This document shows, in pieces, positions 24,566 to 36,273 of a stretch of DNA of 49,639 bases. Within the stretch, counting starts at the first letter, position 1. The number at the start of each line of letters is the position of its first letter. The DNA is from Chromera velia. Taxonomy: Eukaryota. The stretch covers positions 1 to 49,639 of the forward strand of contig JAHBMJ010000386.1 of the NCBI GenBank assembly GCA_018398765.1, in the 5' to 3' direction. Below the pieces are notes generated by a model. It saw only the letters and a program-made list of their open reading frames with translations, did not search any database and was not told where the DNA came from. The position numbers and the translations under genes are program-made.

Positions 24566-27113
24566 GGGGCTGCACTTAGTCTTATATATAAAATTTAATT
24601 CTACCCCAATTTCGGTCATCTCGAATAGGAACCTAAATGATTGATATACACAAACGGCTGAAACTACCAGATAAAGCACATCATGTTGAATTACGTTGGG
24701 CGGTTTACATCTATGCAATCATGATGTTGGGCTACATTGTGGTGTCTCAAAGTTGAACGATGTCATCTCACCAGGTTTTGTTGGGCGTTGGGCTATGTTA
24801 GGCCTGTTGAGCGGTGCCCAACAGTACAAATTGCCAAAGAGTAGCGTAAGATCACTTTAAAGTGCACAACAGACTACAACAGACATTGTAGAGCTTTTTA
24901 GACCAACTAAAAAGCATGCAATCAACACAACCGAAATTCAAGCTAAATGTTGCTTTAATATGAGCTTTACACTCTTTATCTAGGGTAATTAATCGACTTA
25001 AAATATTATTAAATGAATTTCAGGGGTTACACATAGGGTATATTAGTAATTTAACGTCACCCCTACACTAAAAACCATTTTTTTAGGACTTATTACATTA
25101 AATTACTTCAAACAAAGTCAACATCTCATCAAAATACTCACTGGTTCACTTGTAATCTGCAATAAAAGTTTTATCTCCAGGTGATATCTAGAAAGGGCTC
25201 GTAAACTTGTAATCCGTAATATATAGTAAAATTGAGTAAACAGCCCCCCTCCCTGAACCTTCATTCAAAAAACAAAAAAAAACCGTCATGATACGATAAT
25301 GTCATCACTAGACTTCAATCTCAACATCTATGACAACATCAGGGTCCTTGATGAGAAGCTTTTTAAACGCTTCTTCAACTTTTTGCAGCTCATCCTCCTC
25401 CATGAACAGACTTTTTCCCTAGCCTTTTCCTACGACTTTTGTATAGTGCAACCAATAAAAAACAACAGACTGAGTAAGACTAATAGTATTAAGGCAAATT
25501 TTGGGCTATAATAGAACCAGGCTCGTGGTGGCTGCTGTTGCTGTGCGGCCTCCCGAGAGAGGCCGAGTAGTCAACTTAACGCCTCTTCCATCAGTCTCCC
25601 CCCCTCCTTTTGCCCCTAAATCCTCAGCTTGAATCCCTGATAGGAGCTCAAAAGACTGCAGAAGAAGAGAATTAACAATTTTTATTGTTTTTTGTATGAG
25701 CTACAGCGGGAAGCCTTGTGCTTTCTGGGAGATAGGTGATGGCATGCAAGGAAAAAAAATATTGGTGGTCTTTCAAAAGATGTTGTAATCTCATAATCCG
25801 TAATCAGTTGTAAGAGACATACCATAAAAGGGGGGGTATATGATTATTTTTTCCCACAATCATACTTAATTTCACCAGTCCCCCGGGATTCAAGCTTTTT
25901 AAGATGAACCACGTTCCTTTAGCCTGAAATCTTTATATAATCTATGTTTTTATTATATGTTTTGTATGATCTTACCCTAGGATCTTACCTATAAAATCTC
26001 AATCATAATTGAAATAATCGAATACCCTAAACTCTTTATAGAATGTATAAAACTAGGGGGGGCACTTCAGCCGGTTACACCATGGTTAGTGACCCTACAC
26101 CCCTCTCTCTACAATGTGTAATATATAACCATCAGTCAAACGTGGTGCCAATCGATTAGTTATGTTTGGGTACTCACAAAACTGGCTTCAAGATTGTTAA
26201 ACAATTCTGGTTATGATCAAAAATGATGAAAAATGATGTGTCACACTCACTTTGCTCCCAAACCCCCCGTAACTGGCCCGGGGTAACCTGTAACCTTTTT
26301 TGACCCCCCTCAAAAATGAAGTAACCTCCCTCAAAAAGCATTTAAACGTGTTCTAAACATTATTTTGAATGTTTTTAATAGTTGAAAATTTGGTCGGTTA
26401 CTGAGTTTAAAATGCTCGTAACCGGGTAACCTGTAACCTCTTTGTGTAACAAAGATAAAAAGGGGGTAACCTAAAGTAACTACGTAGCCTACACTTCAAA
26501 AACATCAGATTTTGACGTAACTTGACCAAGTAGAGCTCCAGGTTGCCGGACTAGCTCGCAAAAATTTCTTTTTGTTCATATTTTATGTTATTTTAGGCTC
26601 AAAATCTACCATAACCTTCCAGAGTGCCCCCCCTTTTAGTATAAAATCGTTCAAAGTTGTTTGAAAGTGAGGGGCGGTATTAAGACCTTTAACCTTTAAA
26701 AAATGTGGCTCATTTTCAAACAACAATTTTTTACGTTTCATAAAGAGTATAAAGCTCATATTGGAGCAACATTGAGCTCTAATTTTATTCTTTTTGATTA
26801 CATGCTTTTTAGTTGGTCTAAAAGGCTCTACAATGTCTGTTGTGCACTTTAAAGTGATGTTGGGCTACTATACTGTTCGGTACCGCCCAACAGGCCCAAC
26901 ACAGCCCAACAGATCCTAAGCCCAACAGAACCTGGCGACAGAGCTGGGGGAGATAAAAACATAGCCCAACATTTGAAAAACAAAGTTTTAACTAACCTAA
27001 CATGATGCTTCAAAATCTGCTTCATATACTAGTTTCAATGGTTTCTTCATATTCCATCTATAACATTTTAAGAGATATAGTTAAAGCAGGGGGGGCATCT
27101 AAAGTGCGGCCCC
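24566..27113. mobile_element. Non-autonomous TIR DNA element (2.55 kb), possibly Kolobok-like
   Basis: Termini GGGGCTGCACTT / AAGTGCGGCCCC; long imperfect subterminal IR (about 24670-24925 vs 26795-27010) with repeated GTTGGGC/GCCCAAC; 4-bp flanks CTAG and TTAA; AT-rich interior with GTAACC repeats; no transposase seen. Confidence 0.7.
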
Positions 27114-30100
27114 TTAAGGAAGAAGGCGAGTCCTATATGGAAGACAGTGATACAGAGAGTATGCCGGGGGCGGTAGTCTCTGATGCAGACGGCTCAGACA
27201 GAGAAGAAGAGGAGGAGGAGAGGAAAGACAGGAGAAGGCACGATATGGTGATAGCACGAGGCCCTACAGCCCCTACAGCCCCCTCCCATACATGCGATGA
27301 AGCAACCTAAAATGAATGCTGCGACTGCCACAGAAAAGGAAATAAACGAGCGAGGTATGTCAGTTGTAGATGTATGCAGCTCAGAGGTTGTAATAAAGGG
27401 GGCAAGCACTGTCCACTCAGTGACCCCGTAGAGATACGCGTGTATCCAGTGGATAAACGACAGTGTGCGTATGCACAGGATGAGCAGAGCATTGAAGGAG
27501 GGCAGAGAAAAGGACAAAGGGGGGGAGGCCCAGAGGACGGGGGCAACAGACAGGAGAGAGATGAAGAAAGGCCCCCCCAGAGTCAGGGCCCAGCTGCCTC
27601 TGAGCAGCCAAAGAGAGACAAGACTGCAGGCAACCCACCCGCCCAGAGCTAGGGCAGAGGAAGGAGATGAGCGAATAAGGGAGACGTATGCCTTGTTCGA
27701 GCGACGGCTTCGCGAGAGGGGGGGCTCTATGTTGGAGAGGTGACATACGTTACACACCGATAAATGATACTCCAGCTGCTTAGCACAATAGAAGGGGAGG
27801 TGGGGAAGGTGTGGAGGCCGAAGGGCACACCCAGAGACCAGCAAGTGAAGGACTTCTATCGATCCCTCGTCTTTGCAGGAGCACAGCCGGAAGGTCACAC
27901 AGCGGTGCTAGAAACCTTCTCTAGGAAGAAAGGGGTGGTGTGCGTAAACCTCTCTGAGGCAGCAAAAGAGGCAAATATGAGGGAGGAGGAAGAAACGCTG
28001 TAGGCAGGAGTGGCAAGGGCCGCACAAAGATGGTGGGAGGGAGGGGGAACAGACATGACACAGCAGGAGGCCGCAGGGCAGGGGAGGGAAAGGGAAGGGG
28101 GTCAAGGGACTCTTGAAGGGAGCCAAAACGCCTCAAGAAAAGGAAAACGGGGGAGATCAGGGCTATAGATAGGAGGGAAGAAGACAAGTCAACGGGACGC
28201 AGCTAGGGCCGCAGTGGAGGGCGAGAGCCTGAGAGAAAGTCCCAGAGTCACCAGGGGAGAGACTCAGTGCTGCAGTCTGAGAGGGGTCCAGCCATAAGCT
28301 ACTTCCCCGAGCCTGATAAAACAATTCTCACAGTCCCAGCACGGTTTATGGAAGAAGTCAAGAGGGTGTTTGCCGACTTTTTACCTAAGGAAGAGGGGAG
28401 AAAAGGAATGACCATAGTGACAAGGTGCAGACTCCTAGGAGGATTTATGGGAGATGAAGTGGAGAAAGAGAAGTGAGTGAGAAAGAAGGTGGAAGAGTTC
28501 GTGAAGAAAACGGAAAGAGTGGCTGAAGCAGCTGTGCACACGCCCTAGGAAGTATACATGGTGTACGTTAAGTCATAACAGCAGGAGTGGGGGTTCCTGC
28601 AGAGGGTCATACAGGCAAGGGGGGAACAGTTTAATCCCCTCGAGGCAGCCATTTGAGACAGGCTACTCCCAGCCTTGCTGTTCGGGAGGCCCCGCAACAG
28701 CCCCCCCACCACCGCAGAGCAATAGATGCGAGAGGTCAGTGCACTGCGAGTTAGACTGGGGGGGATGGGGATTGACAATCCCAAGACAGAAAAGGGGGAA
28801 GCGAGAGCGACGTCTCAAACTGTAGTAACCAGAGAGCTCACACAGGCCATTCAAGAAGGAAGAGAGGTAGAGGAGGAAAAAGAAAGAGAGGAAAGGAAGG
28901 AGGCCCGCAAAGAACACAGCAAGAGGAAGAGGGCGGAGGAGAAAGAAAAATGGGAGAGGGTGAAAGAAACGGAAGTTCCGGGGGTGACGGGGGAGCAAAG
29001 GAGAGCAGTCAGAGACGCAAAGGCAAAACGATACTCGGGATGGCTCAGTGTGGTCCTGCGAGAAGCGGACGACATGCTCCTCAACCTGGAAGAGTTCCAA
29101 GATGCCCTCACCCTGCGCTACCAATTTAAAGTACAGGGAGACAAGAGGAATTGCAAGAGGTGTGGGGGCAGCTGGGGGCTGTAGCATGCCCTCAATTGTA
29201 AAAGAGGGGGACATATTGGGAGGAGATACAACGAGGTAAACCAGGCGTGGTGTAACCTGGCAGAGCTGGCGTTCGCATCGGCAGTAGGAAGGGGGGAGCC
29301 AGTAGTGAGGGCAGAGGGAGAGGTACCGGATCGACCGGCCCTTTACGGGGACTTCTCAGTGCGGGGACTCTGGGCAAGGCAGAGGCAAGCAATCCTAGAC
29401 ATAAGGGTGGTTAACACCCAGGCCGCCTCCTATGCATAGGGTGACTGGCAGAAAGTTTTCACCTGGTCAGCCACGGGGAAAAAGGAGCAGTATGCCGAGC
29501 CGTGCAGGGACAAGGGGTACGATTTCATGCCCTTTGTCAGCAGTGTAGATGGGGCCCTCGAAAAAAATACCGAGATGTTCCTAAAGAAGGTAGCACATCT
29601 TGTGAGTCTGAAGTAGGATAGGGCATATGGGCAGGTATGTGCATACATGAAGGCAAGAATGCAGGCAACGCACCACAGAGCAGCCAGCAGATGCCACCCC
29701 ACCACCAGGGAGAGGTGTGAAGAGTGAGCATTGAAGGAGGGGCAGCGGCAGTGGTAGCACTCGGATAGAAGGAGTGATGGTCAGCCGCTCCTAACGGCCC
29801 CCCGGGAAAAGGCAAGGTCGTGAGAAGATATGGAGAGCTCATAGGTGGTTGAGGTCGAGTGTATATTGCTAGGCTCTGTTCACTACTATGATACGCCCTA
29901 GGATGCCGCGCCATATTTTAACAAGGCCCAAACGACGTGGATAAACCAACCTTGAAGGTGACTCTATGGGCTTTTTAGGCCCTTTTTTCACCTTTTCTCT
30001 TCAAATAAGCTCTGGAAAGGAAAAAAATGCTAAGGAACGTCTACATATTCTTGGATTTCAAAGATGTACATAAAAGACCGATCGTTCTTTTTCTTGAAAG

Positions 30101-31041
30101 ACGTGAAAGAGAGTAGATTTGGAGATACTTTTAAGGTTGGTTCTGGTATCATTTTCTTTGAACCTTGCCTAATTTAGACATTCAACCTAGTATTGAATCC
30201 CTCTCTGACTCTAAAAAAGATGGAATACATGAAATTTTTATTTGAATAAAATTTTGAAAGAAAAATCTTTTTGTATAATATTCATTTTATTTATGTTGTC
30301 CTCTGCCTAGGATTTTTATTCCGGGTTTGTCCTGAAGTCCACTGTCGGGGGACGGCTTCAACATCAGCTTATATTTTAATTATATTGCGGCTAAGTACTA
30401 TTACTATACTGCAGCCACAGTGGTATCGCTGATACCGCTTATTTCATTAACCATAAATAGGAAGTGTGCTAGGAAGTGTGCTGGTTAGCCTTCACTACTA
30501 CTAGTATACTACTAGCCTACTAGCTTTTCTAATGCTAAAACCTAGTCTAAAAGACTAAAACCCAGCTTACGAAGCTCTAGCTCTTTTTTACGATAAATTG
30601 TTGTCCGAGGAGTGACTCAAGAGTCGTTCTTTAGTACATTTTAAGTGGAGCTTCAAGTTGCTTACACTATATTACGTTTTGCCTAGCGTTTTGCAGCTTT
30701 TGCAACTTTTGCTGCTGAAAGCTCAACTCTAACATTAATTCTATTGAATCTATTCTATCCTATCCTAAGCGCACAGTAACACAGAGTAATACTGAAACTA
30801 GTTGTGAATGTGTATAGACATTAAACTATATGCAGGCGTCCAATAGAATATCTCGGCAGCCTCATGCTTGACTGGTAAGACTAGCTAAGACTAGTGGTAA
30901 GACAGGCGAACAGGCTAGTGCGAAGACAGGCAGGCAGACAACCTCTCTTTTCCCGTTAGATCCGGACAAACTTTCGATGCCCGCTGACGGATTACTTGTC
31001 TTTAAATCCCTGTAAAAGATTCCAGTGTAGTACTCTCTCTA

Positions 31042-31078
<37 letters not shown>

Positions 31079-31294
31079 ATATGTGTGTGTTCGTGCAGAA
31101 GTAGAGTGTGAATGGATGGAAGATGTTTTTTCTGCGTTGCCCAGAAAATCGACAGGCGATCGAGCAGCAGAGAGACCGGCAAATAGAAGGTTCTTCGCTG
31201 TTTTTTCAACCACTGAGCACTGATGGCCACGATCCCTCGTGTTTTTTGAAAGAAAAAGAAAAACTTCCCGGCATGCACCCGATCTCTCGGATGC

Positions 31295-32342
31295 TCACAT
31301 CCCCCCTGTTATCTGAATGTCCTGCCCAGTCAAATAGGAAGCGTCGTCCGAGAGGAGGAAAGCAACCACACCGATCACCTCCGAGATGCTTCCATACCTG
31401 TACCCCAACACGCGCACACGGAGGTTCAAGATCAAAGAGCTGAGTCACAATACAGAAACGTCTACACGCACAGAGAGATAGACGAAAACACAATCAGACA
31501 GATTCTTTGTGTGCTATGAGTTGAAATTTACAAGCAGCGTTCCTGCATAGTACAAAATCATTTAACCCGATAACCGAAAATGTTCTCTTCACAAGACAGA
31601 ATGAAAGGACGACAAAAACAGACAGACAGCACACGGGAGAACAAACTAGTCTTCCACCCTCTCTCACCATTTCACTCAGACAGCCCATGCATTTCTTTGT
31701 TTGTTTGTTGCAGGAAGGAATTTACGTATAATCATGCGCACTAACCTCCTCATGAAAGTCGAATTGATCATTTGCTCTGCGACGACGTTGGGATCCTTGT
31801 CATAATGCACACTTCCTGCTTGTGCCTGGAGCTCAACCTGCATGTACAAGGATGCAAATGCACAGGGATTCGTCCGTTTTTCCTTCCTTCCTCTCTTTCC
31901 AATTTCTCCCTTCCTGCCTGCCACCTTTCCCCATTTCCCTCTTTCCTTCCTTCTTGCTACCGGCCGGGCTGTGAAAATTCAAAACCCTGACTTCCCGTCT
32001 GCCAGTCTGTCTTTCTCTCCTTCGGTCTCGTCCTCTCTCTCTCTCTCTCTCTCACTCACTCACGAATTCTTTTCCAGAATGACTCTAGCTCCCCCTCCAG
32101 ACCAACCTGACGCGTCCACATGAATCCAGGTCCAATGAAGGCTGGCGAGACCGAGTTCACCCTGATGTCAAAACACGCCAGGTCCTTCGCTGCATCCATC
32201 CATCCATCCATCCATCCATCCATCCATCCATCCATCCAGCACGTGCACCCTCACAGAAAGAAACAGAACGGACAGGGGTGTGAATGTGTGTACATGTGCA
32301 GATTTGTATCCGAAGGTGTGTTTGAATTGTAACTCTCTGCGT

Positions 32343-32428
<86 letters not shown>

Positions 32429-33322
32429 TGTGCGTTTGAAGGAGTCGATACACTTCTGCTTATTCGTTTAGACGCAAGTGCCCAACCCCCTCACGTCGCA
32501 GAGATTTGTTCTGAGACTCACCGACTCGAACAGCACACAGACTCTTCGGCATCTCCCTCATTCAATTCCACCTCAGCATGGGCAAGCAGCCACTCCCTAC
32601 CACACTAGAATTTGGAAAACACAATTTAACAAACCTGCTGTCCTGGTCATGTGGAAGACAGCCGCCTTGGACGAAGCGTATGCAATCATGTTGGCAGGCC
32701 CTGAGTGGGCAGCCATCGACGCTGTCTGCACATGAAGTCAAATCAAATCACGCATGGACGGACACTCTACAAAGAAAGCACAAACATGCGAAAGTGTTTC
32801 GCAAACAGTTAGGGAGGCAAAGTAGACACAACACATGTACGCAGAGGCCAAGGGAGAGAGAAGGAGAAAGAGAGAGAAGAGAAGGAAAGAAGGAAAGAAA
32901 GGGAGCAGCCATGAAGGAGATGCACAAAAAAACACACAGACAGAAACACAGACGGACAGACGGATAGACAGACAAGCAGATGAACACGCTCTCACGGACG
33001 GGCACGCGAGCACACACGCACACATACACACACGGGGGAGTGTGGGGAGAAAGAAAGAAAGAGAGAGACCTGCACGATAGCTCCCCCCCTAGGCTTCTGT
33101 TCCTTCATCGCCCTGCTGACTGCCCGAAGCACGTTGAAGGTCCCGCAAACGTTGATGTCTTGCACCTGCCATCATGCCATCATGTGCAAACAGGAAAGAG
33201 CAAAGAGGAAAGAGGGTGGCAGAAAGATGATAGAACAGTCGTCAGAGAAATGAGGAAGCAAACGGTTCAATCTTTATCTCTCTCTTGATCTGTGTGTGTT
33301 TGTGTGTGTGTGTGTGTATGTC

Positions 33323-33360
<38 letters not shown>

Positions 33361-33489
33361 TGTGTGTATGTGTGTGAGTGTGTGTGTGTGTGAGAGAGAG
33401 AGAGTGTGTGTGTGTGTGAAGGCCAATGGGTTGCTGGATATGTGTTCCGCTCCTCCCCTTGTCTATCTATCTGTCTGTCTGTCTGTCTC

Positions 33490-33528
<39 letters not shown>

Positions 33529-33563
33529 GTCTGTCTGTCTGCCTGTCTGCCTGCCTGCCTGCC

Positions 33564-33602
<39 letters not shown>

Positions 33603-33870
33603 CTGTCNNNNNNNNNNNNNNNNNNNNNNNNNNNNNNNNNNNNNNNNNNNNNNNNNNNNNNNNNNNNNNNNNNNNNNNNNNNNNNNNNNNNNNNNNNNNN
33701 NNNNNNNNNNNNNNNNNNNNNNNNNNNNNNNNNNNNNNNNNNNNNNNNNNNNNNNNNNNNNNNNNNNNNNNNNNNNNNNNNNNNNNNNNNNNNNNNNNNN
33801 NNNNNNNNNNNNNNNNNNNNNNNNNNNNNNNNNNNNNNNNNNNNNNNNNNNNNNNNNNNNNNNNNNNNNN

Positions 33871-33915
<45 letters not shown>

Positions 33916-34271
33916 TGTGTGTATGTGTGTGAGTGTGTGTGTGTGTGAGAGAGAGAGAGTGTGTGTGTGTGTGAAGGCCAATGGGTTGCTGGATATGTGT
34001 TCCGCTCCTCCCCTTGTCTATCTATCTGTCTGTCTGTCTGTCTCTCTGTCTGTCTGTCTGTCTGTCTGTCTGTGTGAAACATACAGTCTGTCTGTGTTTG
34101 TGTTTCTGCTTTTTTTCTGAGGTTCGAAAGCGTTAACATCACTTCTTGCACATTCACAACGCGAGTACAAATGTGTGCATAGCGTGAACACACACTCACA
34201 CACACACTTACACACACTCTTGCACACACCTACACACACATTCCACACACTCACACACACTCACACACACA

Positions 34272-34306
<35 letters not shown>

Positions 34307-34357
34307 ATACACACTCACACACACACACACACACTCATACACACTCACACACACTCA

Positions 34358-34409
<52 letters not shown>

Positions 34410-35746
34410 GCAACACAAAGACCTCGTCTGTCTGTCTGTCTACCTTTTGAAAGTCTGCCGGATCGTACTCGACTGCGTTTTTGAATTCTCCCTGGTACCC
34501 CGCGTTGTTGAAGAGCAGATCTATGCGGCCGAATTTGGAGACGACAGAGGAAACAGCCTGCTCGACCTGGTAGGAGGTTGAACAAACAAACGGTGCATGC
34601 GTGCGTGAAGTGAAAGAATTAAGACGCCACAGCTAGACCGACAGACAAATTCTTTCTCTCTCAAGTTTTAAGTTTTGGGAGCCGAACACGTTCGTGACGC
34701 TTAATCCACAAGAAGCGGCATCAATCGCTGCTCTGTGCGGATGCAAAGCGACCCAACAAAAAGTGTGACATGCGCAAGATTTTGCGATCTCCGAACAAAA
34801 CAACAAAAAAAAGAAAAAGGCTTCTTTCTGGGCTCCCGGAACCTGCACGGGGATCGAGGCAGACGCCCGTCTGTTTTTTATTTTTTCTCTTTCTGTCCTC
34901 GATCATCGTTTCCCCTGCCCTCACCCGATTAAATCGGAGAGAGACTTATGTTATTCTGTTCTGAATGCTTGTGTGCACACACACGTGTAGAGAATTCAGG
35001 CGGGCTGGCTCATACAGCCCTTCCTAGCTCCCGGCCAGCAGATATGAATACGTACCTGTTCCGAGTCTGTGATGTCGCATGTCACCTCCAGGACCTCCAC
35101 CGATGGCGTATCTTCCCTCAAGCGACTCGCAGTCGCCTCTGGAGGCCTGACGTCCATCAAGGCGACTGCAGCACCCTCAGACGCGAAACGCAATGCGCAA
35201 GCAGATCCAAAATTTCCTGCAGGCAAGGCACACTCACTCACCCATGCACCCATGGGCATACCCACATGCTCACTCACTCATTTGCTTTCTCACTCACTCA
35301 CTCACTCACTCACTCACTCACTCAATCAATCACCCACTCGCTCACTCACTCACTTATTTGCCCGCTCAATTTCAAGCTGGCTTGCTCACTCATTCACTGA
35401 ATCTTTCACACAGTCAGCCATCTGCTTACTCACTGACACACCCACTCATCCACCCACCCACCCACCCACCGACTATGTCACCCTACAGCTCGCTTACTCA
35501 GCCCATCCCTGGCTTCTTCGCTCATTCACTCACTCATTCCACAACTCCCCCACTCACTCACGTCCTCGTCCAGCTACCTCTCGTTCACCTACGCACGCAG
35601 CCATTCACCCCCTCCACCTCACCCCATTTTGACTGACCTGCAGCTCCAGTAACCAGAATCACTTTCCCCTTGAATCTGTCAGTCGCCACTGTTTCTTCTT
35701 TCCGGGGGCAGAACCCCGTCCCCTTCATCTCGTACGTCGCAGACAT
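31295..35746 (-). CDS. Classical SDR, xylitol dehydrogenase/D-xylulose reductase-like, 285 aa. Exons 35746-35638, 35216-35056, 34566-34444, 33165-33070, 32725-32635, 32189-32107, 31837-31746, 31397-31295
   Basis: All seven introns are GT-AG with consistent phases; the total is 858 nt. Motifs: [45 protein letters not shown] (YxxxK), [36 protein letters not shown]. Confidence 0.93.
33270..34410. repeat. Intronic (TG)n/(TCTG)n/(CA)n microsatellites around an assembly gap (N run 33608-33870)
   Basis: Visible repeats; about 200 bp is duplicated on both sides of the gap. Confidence 0.9.
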
Positions 35747-36273
35747 CTCAAGGAAATGCAACCTTTATTTATCGAGGAGGACAACGCAAGAAGGAAGCCT
35801 TTCTCCTGGGGATCGATCGACGGCGTCGAAAAAGAAAATTCAACAAAACCCCGGACTGTGTCAAGCTCAATGGTCCAAGCTGCAGCTCTTCGCTCAGGCT
35901 ACACGATGCTGACAACTTCAAGCTGCGGACTCTCTGCACACGGGCAGGTGGTGGAGTGAATTGACAGAGGGGAGACGGCTATCGCAAGCAGTAGCAGTGG
36001 CGACGGTCTTCCCAATCTGCACTTTGGCATGCCCCAGAAGGTTACCACACTTAATGCAGCAGACACATTGATCGAAAGACAGAACAGCAATCATGCAAAC
36101 AATGGACCTGCCGATCCTCTCTCCGTCTACGATCGCTTTGTAAAGAGGCGGATGAAAAATGCCGTCTCTTCAACGATTGCCGTCTCGGTGTCTCTGAGTT
36201 ATTTTTGCGTGCGTCAAATGGGCCCACGCCATGCCCACGCGCGCGCCCGCGCGAGGCTCAGTCGCGGAGTCAT

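Larger units (their letters stand above)
20621..29770 (+). mobile_element. Degenerate CRE-clade non-LTR retrotransposon interrupted by three insertions (segments about 20621-21355, 21813-22187, 23276-24565, 27118-29770)
   Basis: The C-terminal part has CRE hallmarks: GPAISYFPEPDKT, LLGGFMG, ALRVRLGGMGI, SGWLSVV, EEFQDALTLRY, CKRCG...HALNC (CCHC), RYNEV (RHN-like), GDFSVRGLW...AILDIRV...K (restriction-like endonuclease), FMPFVSSVDG. Removing each insert locally restores a reading frame (GS|VLETP; PSA|QLQD; KKA|REEGES). Assigning the 5' segments to the same element is inferred. Confidence 0.75.

Noticed and set aside
28267..29770. Stop-codon reassignment (TAG/TAA=Gln) explaining in-frame stops
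   Set aside because: Host genes have no internal stops and terminate with TAG (Rab) or TGA (SNRNP27, SDR). TE stops also include TGA and Trp/Arg positions, which fits mutation.
33330..34075. About 200-bp direct repeat flanking the N run as a real duplication or LTR pair
   Set aside because: Near-identical copies either side of a scaffold gap in microsatellite; most likely an unmerged contig overlap.
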